Part shown: piece after piece, positions 29,080 through 41,706 of the stretch | Layout of the letters: each line of letters opens with the position of its first letter | Position numbering within the stretch: position 1 is the stretch's first letter | From: Candidatus Multivorans sp. | GTDB taxonomy: Bacteria; Acidobacteriota; Thermoanaerobaculia; Multivoradales; Multivoraceae | Length of the DNA stretch: 64,000 nt | Assembly: GCA_965224025.1 (NCBI GenBank) | Contig: OZ245033.1 | Coordinates: 2,272,001 to 2,336,000, forward strand | Reading direction: 5' to 3' | The notes under the pieces: generated by a model | What the model was told of the DNA's origin: nothing | The model's input: only the letters and a program-made list of their open reading frames with translations | Databases searched by the model: none | Position numbers and translations under genes: made by a program

Positions 29080-30962
29080 CACCGGTTGCCGGCTCTGGTT
29101 GCCGACTTCCGAAGCGAATCCTGACCGTGACCCGTTCCGTTGTTCTCGTTCTCGGTCTTCTGGCCGTCCCGGTTGGGGCGCAGGAACCGGTGACCGCGGC
29201 GTCCCGCGCCGAGTCCGCTCCACCGGTCGATCTGAACGGCGACGAGATCGGCGTCGACGAGGTCTCCCGAGGGCAGATCGGCTACGGCCTGTCCGTGTTC
29301 GCCGGCAGCGAGCCTTCGCGTTTCGGAGTCGAGGTCGTCGGCGTGATCCGGGAGATGGACCCGGGCACGAGTTACATCGTGGCCCGCCTGAGCGGCAACG
29401 GGCTCGAGGAGTCGGGCGTCGTGGCCGGAATGAGCGGCAGCCCCGTCTACCTCGACGACCGCCTCGCCGGGGCGGTCGCATACTCCTGGGCGTTCACCAG
29501 CGAAACGCTGGCGCTGATCACGCCGATCGCCGCGATGCGGAAGTTGAGCGCGCTCGAAGGGGGCGAAGCCGCGGGCGAGTCGCGGGGACTGGCTGCTCCG
29601 GGTGCGCCACGGCCGTTCGAGCAGGCGGTGCGGCAGATGCTCGAACCGCCCGACGACGTTGCCGCGGCGGTTCGGGAAACCGTCGCCGAACAGCTCGGCT
29701 CGCTTGTCGCGCCGGCGGACTGGGGTGGTCGCGGGGGCGCGCAGGTCGTCACCCTGGGTTTCGGTGAATCGGTGCGCCGGATGCTCGCCGCCGCCCCGGC
29801 GGGACGCGCCGACAGCGCCGAGATGCCGGACCTCGGCGCCGGCAGCGCGGTCGCGGGCGTATTGATCGACGGCGACCTGAAGGTCGCGGTCGGCGGTACC
29901 GTGACCCGGGTCGAGGACGGCGAGGTGCTGGCCATGGGACACCCGTACCTCGGTGTGGGCCCGCTGCGCGTGCCGATGGCGACGGTGGAGGTGATCGGCG
30001 TGGTGCCGCGGCGGAGCAGCTCGATGCGGCTCAGCAACATCGGCTCGGTGGTCGGCGCATTCGACCAGGATCGCTTCGCGGGACTGAGAGGGCGGGTCGG
30101 CGCCGACGCGCGGACGATCCCGATGACGATTCAGGTCGAGGCCCCGAACGGCGAGGTCCGCCGCTTTGATCTCCGGTTGGCGGATCTGCCCCGGATGCTG
30201 CCTTCGCTGGTCGGCATTCCGACCATGCAGGCGCTCGATTCCGCTTCGTACGGCGGCGGCGAGAGCGGTCTGGACATGACCGGCGCCCTGCGCCTGCGCG
30301 GGCACGAGGACGTGCCGCTGCAGCAGGTCTTCGACGGCTCGGGGCCCGGCACGAGCGCCGCCTTCTACCTCATCGCCCTGGTCGGGGCGCTGGTCAACTC
30401 GGACTACGAAGGCGTCGAGATCGAGGGCATCGATCTCACCCTGACCCAGACCCACGGCGTGCGGACGGTCGAGATCGAGCGCGCCCAGGCCTCTTCGAGG
30501 AGGGTTCACGCGGGCGAGACGGTGGACGTCGTGTTCGACCTTCGGCGGCATCGCGGCGACCGGTACCAGGAGACCCTCCGGGTGACGATTCCCGAGGACC
30601 GCCGGCCGGGCCGCTACTATCTCTTCGTCGGTGACGGCGTGAACATCGACGCGGCGCGGCTGCAACTCGAGCCCAGCAAGGCGTCGTCCCTGACTGACCA
30701 GCTCGACATGCTGCGTTCGTTCCAGCCGAAGAGCCGGCTCGCCGCGCTCGGCGTCGTGCCTGCCCGTGGGCTCATCGTCGAGGGACGGCCGATGCCCCAG
30801 CTTCCGGCCTCGATACGGTCGATCTGGCAGGCGTCGCCCCTGCAGGGAGAGCCCCGGGCCCTGAACCTGGCGATCGTGAACGAGCAGGGACGCGATCTCG
30901 GAGTTCCGCTCGACGGACTGTTCCGGCTCGACCTCGAGATCCTGCCCGGTATCGCGCCTTGA
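29028..30962 (+). CDS. SpoIVB peptidase S55 domain protein (secreted)
   Basis: GMSGSPVY..LAGAVAY, GTVT..LAMGHP; true start probably downstream (~29127). Confidence 0.85.
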   Translation: MEFRRLAGVAPRALRSLTPVAGSGCRLPKRILTVTRSVVLVLGLLAVPVGAQEPVTAASRAESAPPVDLNGDEIGVDEVSRGQIGYGLSVFAGSEPSRFGVEVVGVIREMDPGTSYIVARLSGNGLEESGVVAGMSGSPVYLDDRLAGAVAYSWAFTSETLALITPIAAMRKLSALEGGEAAGESRGLAAPGAPRPFEQAVRQMLEPPDDVAAAVRETVAEQLGSLVAPADWGGRGGAQVVTLGFGESVRRMLAAAPAGRADSAEMPDLGAGSAVAGVLIDGDLKVAVGGTVTRVEDGEVLAMGHPYLGVGPLRVPMATVEVIGVVPRRSSSMRLSNIGSVVGAFDQDRFAGLRGRVGADARTIPMTIQVEAPNGEVRRFDLRLADLPRMLPSLVGIPTMQALDSASYGGGESGLDMTGALRLRGHEDVPLQQVFDGSGPGTSAAFYLIALVGALVNSDYEGVEIEGIDLTLTQTHGVRTVEIERAQASSRRVHAGETVDVVFDLRRHRGDRYQETLRVTIPEDRRPGRYYLFVGDGVNIDAARLQLEPSKASSLTDQLDMLRSFQPKSRLAALGVVPARGLIVEGRPMPQLPASIRSIWQASPLQGEPRALNLAIVNEQGRDLGVPLDGLFRLDLEILPGIAP

Positions 30963-33268
30963 GGGCCCGTACCTTGGGGGACCGCGCCCGGGCCGTAGCG
31001 GGAATCGCGGCGGGGACCTGGTTGCTGCTGGCCGGCGCCGGCGTCGCCCGCGCCTCGGAAGTCCAGATCTGGCGCGCCGACAGCCAGGCCGTGTTTCTGG
31101 CGGGCGAACTCGTGGACGTGAGCGTCGATCGGCTGGGGGTTCTCCGTCTGGCGCAGCGGGCCGAGAAGTTCGCCACCGTCGCTGAGCCGTTCCTGTTCTC
31201 CTTCGTTGGGGCGGAGGGGCGCTTCGCGGCGGGTACCGGCAACTCGGGAAAGGTCCTGGAGGTCCAGATCGACGGGGATGCCGGCTCGATCACGGAACTC
31301 TTCGCCACCCAGGAACCCGAGGTGTTCGCGGTCTGGGTGGACGGCGACGGCGCCGTCTACGCCGGCTCGTCGCCGGACGGCAAGGTCTACCGGAAGCGGC
31401 CGGAGGGCGAGGTCGAAGAGCTGTTCGACCCGGATGCGCAGTACATCTGGGCGCTGCTGGGCGCCGGAGACGGCGGCCTGCTGGTGGCGACCGGTCCGGA
31501 GGGGAAGCTGCACCGGGTGGACCTCGCCAGCGGTGAATCGAAGTTGCTCTACGACAGCACGGACACCCACATCCGTTCGCTCGCGCTGCGTCCGGACGGC
31601 ACGGTGCTGGCCGGTACCGCGGGCGAGGGTCTGCTGCTCGAGATCGACGCGGAGGGCGAAGCCCGCACCCTCTACGACGCCGCCGGACCCGAGGTGCTGG
31701 CGATCACGCCGGGCGAGGACGGCGCCTTCTACGCCTCCGCGCTGGCTTCCGAGGCCAGTTTCGTCAACCTGAGCAGCACGCGAAGCTCCTCGAGCGGAAG
31801 TTCGTCGGCAAGCAGCTCCACGGGAAGCGGCGCCTCCGCCGGGAGCAACTCCTCGAATTCGAATGGCCAGCAGAGCAAGGTCACGGTCCAGACCGGCGCG
31901 ATCTCCGCGGGAAGCCGTGCCGCCTCCTTCAAGGGTCCGCGCTCCGAGGTGCTGCGCATCGACGCGACCGGCGCCGTCGAGTCGATCTGGAAGTTCGAGA
32001 TGGAGACGGTCTACGCCCTGAGCTACCAGCAGGGCCGGCTCTGGGTCGCCACCGGCCAGGAGGGCAAGCTGTTCAGCTTCCAGAACGACCAGATGGTGCT
32101 CGAGAAGGACCTCGATCAGAGCCAGATCGTCGGTCTGGGTCAGGGCAATGCGGGCCCGGTCTTCGCCAGCGTCAATGCGGCGGCCGTCTACGGCTTCGTC
32201 GGCGGCGCCGGCGGCGGGCTGGCAAGCCAGGGGACGGTGACCGCCAAGCCGCTCGACGCGTCGTCCGTCGCGAGCTTCGGTTCGATCCGCTGGCGCGGGC
32301 GCGCCGGAGACGGCGCCCTCGTGGCGCTCTCCGCGCGCAGCGGGATGAGTTCGGACCCGGACGAGACGTGGTCGGACTGGACCGAGGCTTCCGCGGCGCG
32401 GGAGGCGCCGCTCAAAGACCTGCCGCCGGGCCGCTACCTCCAATGGCGGGCCGAACTCCGCGGCAGCGGCGACCTTACGCCCGAGGTCGTGGCGGTCGAG
32501 GTCACCTACCGGCAGCACAACCGCAAGCCCGAGATCAAGAAGCTGGAAGTGCTCCCGGCGGGGACGATCCTGGTGCCGACGAACTTCAATCCGTCGAACC
32601 AGGCCTACGAGCCGGCGCACCCGAACCGCGACCGCATCTTCACCGTCGTCGGCGACCCGGCGCAGACCAAGCAGGGCGCAACGAAGAGCCTGTGGAAGCT
32701 GGGATACCGGACGCTGCGCTGGGAAGCCGAGGACCCCAACAAGGACCGTCTCCGCTACCGGCTCTCCTTCGCCCGCGAGGCGGAACTCGCGGCCGGCGAC
32801 GAAGACGCGGACGACTCGGATGCTCTGTGGCTGGAGATGGCGGATGACCTCAAGGCCGCCTTTTTCAGCTTCGACGCGACCGTGCTGCCGGACGGGCTCT
32901 ACCGTTTCCGGGTCAGCGCCACCGACAAACTCGACAACACCCCCGGCGACGCCCTCGAGGCAGACCGGGTATCGGCCGCGGTGATGGTCGACCACAGCCC
33001 GGCGCGCCTGGTCGAGGCCTCGCGCGACGGCGGCCGCGTGACCGCGGTGGTCGAGGACGCCTGGAGCCCGCTGCGCGAGGCGGTGGTCAGCGTCGACGCG
33101 GGCGAGTGGCGCGCCGCCAGGGTCGAGGACGGTCTGCTCGACAGTCAGCGGGAGACGCTGTCGATCGATGCCGCCGGGGGCGCCCGGTTGTTGCTGCTCC
33201 GGCTGACCGACGCCGCCCACAACGTGACCACGATTGACCTGTCCGATCAGCTCGGGAGCGAAGAATGA
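30959..33268 (+). CDS. Secreted beta-propeller repeat protein with Ser-rich linker
   Basis: Repeated AGT/ATG..G.L/V blades; signal-peptide-like N-terminus; overlaps the S55 gene stop. Confidence 0.75.
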   Translation: MRARTLGDRARAVAGIAAGTWLLLAGAGVARASEVQIWRADSQAVFLAGELVDVSVDRLGVLRLAQRAEKFATVAEPFLFSFVGAEGRFAAGTGNSGKVLEVQIDGDAGSITELFATQEPEVFAVWVDGDGAVYAGSSPDGKVYRKRPEGEVEELFDPDAQYIWALLGAGDGGLLVATGPEGKLHRVDLASGESKLLYDSTDTHIRSLALRPDGTVLAGTAGEGLLLEIDAEGEARTLYDAAGPEVLAITPGEDGAFYASALASEASFVNLSSTRSSSSGSSSASSSTGSGASAGSNSSNSNGQQSKVTVQTGAISAGSRAASFKGPRSEVLRIDATGAVESIWKFEMETVYALSYQQGRLWVATGQEGKLFSFQNDQMVLEKDLDQSQIVGLGQGNAGPVFASVNAAAVYGFVGGAGGGLASQGTVTAKPLDASSVASFGSIRWRGRAGDGALVALSARSGMSSDPDETWSDWTEASAAREAPLKDLPPGRYLQWRAELRGSGDLTPEVVAVEVTYRQHNRKPEIKKLEVLPAGTILVPTNFNPSNQAYEPAHPNRDRIFTVVGDPAQTKQGATKSLWKLGYRTLRWEAEDPNKDRLRYRLSFAREAELAAGDEDADDSDALWLEMADDLKAAFFSFDATVLPDGLYRFRVSATDKLDNTPGDALEADRVSAAVMVDHSPARLVEASRDGGRVTAVVEDAWSPLREAVVSVDAGEWRAARVEDGLLDSQRETLSIDAAGGARLLLLRLTDAAHNVTTIDLSDQLGSEE

Positions 33269-33747
33269 GCCCGCGAGTTGGCGTCTTCCCCGGCTCCTTC
33301 GACCCGGTGCACAACGGCCACCTCGATCTGATCGAGCGCGCCCGCCGGCTCTTCGACGTGCTCTACATCGCGGTGCTCTTCAACGAGCAGAAGCAAGCGC
33401 TGTTCTCGGTCGAGGAACGCATCGACCTGCTGCACACCCTGCTCGGAGAATCCGACGACTGCCGGGTCGAGAGCTTCAGCGGCCTGCTCGTCGACTACGC
33501 GCGGGAACGGAAAGCCACCGCCGTCGTCCGCGGCCTCCGCTCCGGCGCCGACTTCGACTACGAACTGCCGATGACGCTGATGAACCGCCGCCTCGCCCCC
33601 GGCATCGACACGATCTTCCTGCTGCCGGCGCCGGAGTGGATCTTCCTCTCCAGCCGGCTGACCAAGGAGGTCGGCAGCCTGGAGGGCGACCTGACGGGCG
33701 TCGTGCCGCCCTTGGTCATTGAGGCGTTGCGCCGGAAGCTGGGGTAG
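33265..33747 (+). CDS. coaD: Phosphopantetheine adenylyltransferase
   Basis: FPGSFDPVHNGH, VRGLRS..DFDYE, LSS. Confidence 0.97.
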   Translation: MSPRVGVFPGSFDPVHNGHLDLIERARRLFDVLYIAVLFNEQKQALFSVEERIDLLHTLLGESDDCRVESFSGLLVDYARERKATAVVRGLRSGADFDYELPMTLMNRRLAPGIDTIFLLPAPEWIFLSSRLTKEVGSLEGDLTGVVPPLVIEALRRKLG

Positions 33748-33781
33748 TTCGGGACGCGGCGATCGCGTCCACGGTCGAGTC

Positions 33782-34320
33782 CTACTCGGGGCCGACTTCC
33801 CCGCTCGAGATCATGGTCGTTCCGGTCAAGGGGTCGTAGACCGCGATCACGTAGGTGTGCTCTCGCCGACGGAGCCGCAGGTCGGTCTGGTAGTAGAAGA
33901 ACTGGCCCGGCTCGGGCTTCTCGGGAGCGGCTATCGGGATCTTCTCGCTTGACATGTCCGCGCGGCTACCGTTCAGGCCCATCACCAGGATCCGGACCTC
34001 CAGCTCGTTCTGCCACAGGCCGGCTATGGGAAGAAGTGCCACTTCATCTAGCGGAATCGCCACCTCGATGGGCACTGAGATCTTGCCTCGGCCGGCGCGG
34101 ACCGGTTCCGAGAAGCGAACGTCGAGTGGCTGGGCATCGGACGGCTCGCCTAACAGAAGGGCGGCCTCGACTGTCATGGCGATCTCGCGGTCCCGCGACG
34201 TGTCCACGTAGCCTTCGCGCGTTCGGACGTTGAGGTCGGTGCGGTCAATGATGTTGATCTCCACTCCGTGAAACTCGTCGTCCTCCCGCCGAGTGGGCTC
34301 GAAGCCCAGCCAGTAGAGGC
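33782..34320 (-). pseudogene. 5'-truncated remnant of a VWA-related (acidobacterial-type) secreted protein C-terminus
   Basis: LYWLGFEPTRREDDEFHGVEI...VRTREGY is typical of the C-terminal part of these proteins; an in-frame TGA lies just upstream and no N-terminal domain is present. Confidence 0.55.
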
Positions 34321-34632
34321 TGAATGTCCAGTAACGGACAAGTCGCCTGTCAGGTCACGCTTTGTCAACGACTTTGGAACAGCCCTGAGCGAGAACGCAG
34401 AGGGCCTGGAGCGTCCTCGCGACTGGCACTAGACTCCTTGAACGAGCGTGGTCTTTACAGTTGAGGCAAGTTTCAGCCAGAGCCATGATCGATACGTCGG
34501 CTCGCGTAGCCCGCAAGGACATGCTCGTCGGTCTGAGGCGAAGCCTCGCTAGGGAAATGCTGCCGGTCCGGCGGCGCGAAAGGGCTTGACCGCTAGTGGG
34601 CGGACGTCGACTTGGGTGCGCAAGCGCCCACC

Positions 34633-35691
<1,059 letters not shown>

Positions 35692-35698
35692 CTCTCTG

Positions 35699-37621
35699 CT
35701 AGGTCTCCGCCATTTGCCGGCCAGGAGCAGCGCTCTCTCCGGCCGCGGTAGATGTCTCCGCGCCGCTGAGGGAGTAGATTCGATGGAGGATTTCGTCCCG
35801 CGTGAAAGGCTTGCCCTCGACCTTGGAGAAGGTCTCGATGTCCTTCAGGTAGCGGGCCCGCAGGAGCAGGGCCAACTGGCCGAGGTTCATTTCCGGCACC
35901 AGAACCCGCTCGAAGCGGTCGAGGATGTCGCCCAGATTGCGGGGAAAGGGGTTGATGTGCCGGAGGTGGGCGCGACTGACCGTGAGGCCGTCCGCCCGCG
36001 CCTGGTTCACCGCTCCGGTGATCGCGCCCAGGGTGCTGCCCCAACCGAGGATCAGGAGTTTGCCGCTCTCGGGTCCGTTGACCTCGATGTCGGAAATGTC
36101 GCCCGCGATCCGCGCGACCTTCTCGGCTCGCAGCCGCACCATGTGGTCGTGGTTGTCCGGCTCGTAGTTGACGTTGCCGGTGACGTCCTCCTTCTCGAGA
36201 CCGCCGATCCGGTGCTCGAGGCCGGGAGTGCCCGGAATCGCCCAGGGCCGGGCGAGGGTCTGCTGGTCGCGCATGTAGGGCAGGAAGCCCTCGGCGTCCT
36301 GGTGGAAGCCGACCCGGAGGTCGGGGAGTTCCTCGACCAGGGGGATCCGCCAGGGTTCGGCGCCGTTGGCGATGTAGCCGTCGGACAAGAGGATGACGGG
36401 CGTCATGTAGGTCGTCGCCATGCGGACCGCCTCGAGCGCGGTGTCGAAGCAGTCGGCGGGCGAAGCGGCCGCGATCACCGGTACGGGCGATTCGTTGTTG
36501 CGCCCGAACATGACCTGCAGCAAATCCGCCTGCTCGGTCTTCGTCGGCAGGCCGGTCGACGGCCCGCCCCGCTGGATGTCGCAGATGACCAGGGGCAGCT
36601 CGACCATCACCGCCAGGTTGATCCCCTCGGCCTTCAGCGCGATCCCGGGGCCACTCGAACAACTGACGCCGAGGCTGCCGCCGAAGGAAGCGCCGATCGC
36701 GGCGCAGACGGCGGCGATCTCGTCCTCGGCCTGGTAGGTCACAACACCGAAGTGCTTGTAGGTCGCCAACTCGTGGAGCACGTCGCTGGCGGGAGTGATC
36801 GGGTAGGCGCCGAGGAACAGGGGCAGGCCGCTGCGGCGGCTCGCCGCCACCAGGCCGATGGCCAGCGCCGAGTTGCCGTGGATGCTGCGGTAAATGCCGG
36901 GATCGAGCTGGGCGGGCTCCACGTCGTACCGCACCTGGAAGGCGTCGGTGATGTCGCAGAAGTTCCAGCCCGCCTTCATCACCTTGACGTTCGCCTCGGC
37001 GATCTCGGGGCGTCTCTTGAACTTGACCCGCAGCCAGTCGATCGTCGACTCGAGGGGCCGGCTGAACAGCCAGTAGACCATCCCCAGGGCCAGGAAGTTC
37101 TTGCACCGGTCCTTGGAGCGGACGTCGAGCGGGCTGTCCTCCAGCGCGCGCCGGGTCATCGTCGTCAGGCCGACCGGGTAGAGCCGGAAGGCGTTCAGGC
37201 TGTCGTCCTCGAGCGGATTCGACTCGTAGCCGGCCCGCTTCAGGTTGCGCGGAGTGAACTCGTCGGTGTTGACGATGATCACGCCGTTGTCGCGCAGGTC
37301 GCGCAGGTTGGCCTTGAGCGCCGCCGGGTTCATGGCGATCAGGACGTCCGGGGCGTCGCCCGGGGTGTGGATGTCGTGATCGGCGATCCGGACCTGGAAA
37401 CCGGAAACGCCCGCCAGCGTGCCTGCCGGCGCGCGGATCTCGGCCGGGAAGTCGGGCAGGGTCGACAGGTCGTTGCCGATCAGCGCCGACGTGTTCGTGA
37501 ACTGCGTGCCGGTGAGCTGCATGCCGTCGCCGGAATCGCCGGCGAAGCGGATGACGACGTCGGAGATTGTTGCTTCGGAGGCTCTGCCGGCGGCCGTCTG
37601 CCCTGCGATCGGGAGGGTCAT
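35699..37621 (-). CDS. korA: 2-oxoacid:acceptor oxidoreductase alpha subunit
   Basis: AGDSGDGMQLTG, YPITPAS, QAEDEIAA, QRGGPSTGLPTK, EMNLGQL. Confidence 0.95.
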   Translation of the reverse strand: MTLPIAGQTAAGRASEATISDVVIRFAGDSGDGMQLTGTQFTNTSALIGNDLSTLPDFPAEIRAPAGTLAGVSGFQVRIADHDIHTPGDAPDVLIAMNPAALKANLRDLRDNGVIIVNTDEFTPRNLKRAGYESNPLEDDSLNAFRLYPVGLTTMTRRALEDSPLDVRSKDRCKNFLALGMVYWLFSRPLESTIDWLRVKFKRRPEIAEANVKVMKAGWNFCDITDAFQVRYDVEPAQLDPGIYRSIHGNSALAIGLVAASRRSGLPLFLGAYPITPASDVLHELATYKHFGVVTYQAEDEIAAVCAAIGASFGGSLGVSCSSGPGIALKAEGINLAVMVELPLVICDIQRGGPSTGLPTKTEQADLLQVMFGRNNESPVPVIAAASPADCFDTALEAVRMATTYMTPVILLSDGYIANGAEPWRIPLVEELPDLRVGFHQDAEGFLPYMRDQQTLARPWAIPGTPGLEHRIGGLEKEDVTGNVNYEPDNHDHMVRLRAEKVARIAGDISDIEVNGPESGKLLILGWGSTLGAITGAVNQARADGLTVSRAHLRHINPFPRNLGDILDRFERVLVPEMNLGQLALLLRARYLKDIETFSKVEGKPFTRDEILHRIYSLSGAETSTAAGESAAPGRQMAET

Positions 37622-37769
37622 GTTCGTCTCTTGCGATGTGGACGCGAGGCGTTCTTGGACGCAGGCCGAGGCCACTGGCACGCCCGCGGGCGGTCCGAAA
37701 ATCCGTCCGCCGGAAGTGAGGACGTAGATAGTACCATGACGCTGCCCCGCGCGTTGGCGAGAACTTCCA

Positions 37770-39830
37770 GTGCCTAGTCGCGAGAACAAACCGAGCCAAA
37801 GGAGGCCATGGCGTCGAGCCGGCTGGCTGTTGGGGCTGCTTCTCGCTCTGGGACTCTCGAGCGCCACCCTCTCGCTCAACGCGCCGCTGGCTCTGGACCT
37901 GTTGGCCGGGACCGTCGCCAGCGTGGCCGGACTCGTCATCGTGTGGGTGGCCGTGGTTTGGTTGCAGCGCCGGTTGCTGTGGCGGGTCGGACGCCGCTTG
38001 GCCTTCAGCTACATGCTGCTCGGTCTGCTGCCCTTCCTGCTCAGCCTGGTGCTGGTGATCGTCACCGCCTACCTGCTGTCCGGGTTCTTTCTGGGTCACC
38101 TGTACCGGGACGCGGCGATCAGCCTCCACGAGGAACTCGAGGCGGTGTCCGAGTTCCTCATCCAGCCGCTCGAAATGGGGCTCCTCGACCCGTCCGGTCT
38201 GCCCACGACGGTGGGTGGCGCCGCGCTGGCGTACTACCAGGACGGCCTTCGCGTGGCCGGAGACCGGCGGGCGCCGGCGCCCTTTCCGGCGTGGCTGGAG
38301 ACGGACGACGAGTTCGAGGGTCAGCGGCGGCGGAGCAGGGTTCCGCAGTTGGTCGTGCTGTCGGACGGTGCGGCGACCCTGGCCGCGGCTTTTGGCCGCG
38401 GGACATCCGGCGTGGTGGCCTTCTACGACCCCGAGGCCGGGCGCCTGCTGGAACGGGAGTTGAGCGGCCGAAGCGATGTCTGGACCCGGCTCCGGCGTCA
38501 GGGCGAGACGGACGGCGCGGAGACGACGCTCCAGATCCTCGACACCCAGTTCGTGCTGCAGCCGCTGGCGCGGACGCGCGGCAGCGCCGAACGCGAGGCG
38601 TTCTTCGAGTCTCTCGGCGCCAGTTCGCCGCTCAGCATCGTCGGCGTCGAAATGGCCGGGCCGCTGCACGCCTTCGCCAGCGGCGAACCGGTCTCGCCGC
38701 CGGTGTCGGCGTCGCTCGCCGCTACCGAGCGGATCGTTATTCGACACCTTTTCTCGTCATCGGGCCAGGTCGACAGTCTCGGCTGGATCGTGTTCGGTGT
38801 CGCCGCCTTCCTGCTCTTCGACGTCTTCATCGCGGCGACTGTCATGGCCGCGTTCATGATCCTGGGGCTGAGCCGCGCAGTGAACCGGTTGAGCGCGGCG
38901 ACCGGGGCGGTGCAGGCGGGCGACTTCTCGGCCCGCATCCCGGTGCGTCGCCGGGATCAGGTCGGCGCCCTGCAGACCTCCTTCAACGAGATGGCGCGGA
39001 GCCTCGAGGGCCTGGTGGCCGAGCTCGCCGCGAAGCACGCCCTGGAGCAGGAACTCGAGATCGCCCGGGAGGTCCAGAAGAGCCTGATTCCGGGCCGCAG
39101 CGTGCAGTCGGAGGGTGTGGAGTTCGCGACCTTCTTCGAGCCGTCCGCCGCGATAGGCGGCGACTACTTCGACATCGTGCGGCTGCCCGGAGAGGACGGC
39201 GGCGAGAGCGATCGGCTGGCGGTGGTGATCGCGGACGTTGCAGGTCACGGGCTTTCCGCGGGTCTGCGCATGGCGATGCTCAAGGCGGGGCTTCTGACCC
39301 TGGTCGAGGAGGGCAAGCCGCCGCGGGAGATCCTGTCATCGCTCGATCGGCTCGTGCGGTCGGGAGGCGACCGCACCTTCGTGACCGCGAGCCTGTCCCT
39401 GGTCGATCTGAAGGAGGGCGTCGTCGACATCACGAACGCGGGCCATCCGCCGGCGTACCTGCTGCGGCGGAACGAAGTCGAGGAGATCCTGCTGCCGGGG
39501 ACCCCGCTCGGCGCGCTCGGCGAGGACTACGGCTTCCGGCGTATCGAGCTGCAGCCGGGTGATGTCCTCGCTTGGCTTTCCGACGGCTTCATCGAGGCCG
39601 TGGGCCGCGACGGTGAGCCGTTCGGCTACGACCGGACCAGGACCTCGCTCTTGGGACCCGCGGCCAACGCCAAGGAGGTGTGCGACCGCATCCTCGAGAA
39701 GATGAGGCGCCATACCGACGGCGTCGGCGCCGAGGACGATCTGACTCTGGTCGTCATGCGTTACCAACCGGAAACAGCCGCGGCAGAGAATCCGGCCGGT
39801 CCGGAGCTCATGACCGCGGCCGGCGCCTGA
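37770..39830 (+). CDS. Membrane HAMP + PP2C/SpoIIE (RsbU-like) serine phosphatase
   Basis: HAMP segment, GGDYFD, ADVAGHG, NAGH, SDG, DDLT. Confidence 0.92.
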   Translation: MPSRENKPSQRRPWRRAGWLLGLLLALGLSSATLSLNAPLALDLLAGTVASVAGLVIVWVAVVWLQRRLLWRVGRRLAFSYMLLGLLPFLLSLVLVIVTAYLLSGFFLGHLYRDAAISLHEELEAVSEFLIQPLEMGLLDPSGLPTTVGGAALAYYQDGLRVAGDRRAPAPFPAWLETDDEFEGQRRRSRVPQLVVLSDGAATLAAAFGRGTSGVVAFYDPEAGRLLERELSGRSDVWTRLRRQGETDGAETTLQILDTQFVLQPLARTRGSAEREAFFESLGASSPLSIVGVEMAGPLHAFASGEPVSPPVSASLAATERIVIRHLFSSSGQVDSLGWIVFGVAAFLLFDVFIAATVMAAFMILGLSRAVNRLSAATGAVQAGDFSARIPVRRRDQVGALQTSFNEMARSLEGLVAELAAKHALEQELEIAREVQKSLIPGRSVQSEGVEFATFFEPSAAIGGDYFDIVRLPGEDGGESDRLAVVIADVAGHGLSAGLRMAMLKAGLLTLVEEGKPPREILSSLDRLVRSGGDRTFVTASLSLVDLKEGVVDITNAGHPPAYLLRRNEVEEILLPGTPLGALGEDYGFRRIELQPGDVLAWLSDGFIEAVGRDGEPFGYDRTRTSLLGPAANAKEVCDRILEKMRRHTDGVGAEDDLTLVVMRYQPETAAAENPAGPELMTAAGA

Positions 39831-39842
39831 CGGAGGCCGCGC

Positions 39843-40532
39843 GTGAACGTCGCCTCGCGGGCCGCTGCGGCGGCCGTGGTACTGGTCTTGTGCGCCTCGG
39901 CGGTCGGGGCGGAGTTGGCCGTTCTGACCAACGGTTACCGGTACAAGGTGACGGCGTGGGAGCTCCTCGAGGGGCGGGGTACGAACGCCGAGCGCATCCG
40001 GCTGACCTTGGAGGGCGGCGGTTCCGTCACCCTGCCGCTGATGCGGATCGAGCGCATCGTGGACGACGAGATCGTCGAGGCGCCGCCTCCCGAGCCGCCG
40101 CCGGAGAACGGCTTCTCGCTCGACTACAGGCCCGGACAGACGGCGCCGGCCGTTCCCTACGGCGAGCTGTTCCTCGAGATCGGCCGCGAGCATGAACTGA
40201 ACCCCGATCTGCTGGCGGCGATGGCGCGCGCGGAGTCCGCCTACGACCCCGGCGCCATGTCGTCGAAGGGCGCGCGCGGTCTGCTGCAACTCATGCCGGC
40301 GACCGCCGAGCGCTTCGGCGTTTCGGCGGGCGAGCTCTACGACCCCGCCCGCAACGTGCTCGCCGCGGCCCGCTACCTGACCTGGCTGCGCCGCCGGTTC
40401 GAGGACGACCTGCCGCGCGTGCTGGCCGGGTACAACGCCGGCGAGGGCGCCGTCGACGCCCACGACGGGGTGCCTCCTTACCGGGAGACCGTGACCTTTG
40501 TCGGCCGGATCTACGGCTTCCTGGGCCTGTAG
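39843..40532 (+). CDS. Lytic transglycosylase (SLT domain)
   Basis: AES, SSKGARGLLQLMP, YNAGEG, PPYRET. Confidence 0.93.
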   Translation: MNVASRAAAAAVVLVLCASAVGAELAVLTNGYRYKVTAWELLEGRGTNAERIRLTLEGGGSVTLPLMRIERIVDDEIVEAPPPEPPPENGFSLDYRPGQTAPAVPYGELFLEIGREHELNPDLLAAMARAESAYDPGAMSSKGARGLLQLMPATAERFGVSAGELYDPARNVLAAARYLTWLRRRFEDDLPRVLAGYNAGEGAVDAHDGVPPYRETVTFVGRIYGFLGL

Positions 40533-40538
40533 GGCCCG

Positions 40539-40656
40539 TCAGCGGGCGCGCGGGTGATATTGCAAAGCGCGCGGGCGATCCCTTCGAGGTTGTCCGTTTC
40601 ACCTTGCGCGCGGGTGATATGGGAGAGTGCGGCGATTCGGTCGAGGTCTTCCCGTT

Positions 40657-40678
<22 letters not shown>
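40539..40678 (-). repeat. Mini-array of copies of the xerD 3' end (27-bp repeat x2 plus a variant copy, 31- and 33-bp spacers)
   Basis: CCGTTTCACCTTGCGCGCGGGTGATAT at 40594-40620 and 40652-40678; variant TCAGCGGGCGCGCGGGTGATAT at 40539-40560. Confidence 0.9.
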
Positions 40679-41583
<905 letters not shown>

Positions 41584-41706
41584 GTCGTATAGCCGGAAAT
41601 CTATCAGTGCGTGCCGACACTGGTTGCGCCGGCGTCCCCGCCGGCATGGGGCCGCAGCATTGCCTGGTCGCTTGTTGTAGAGAATGTCGCTAGCGCGACA
41701 CCGTTT

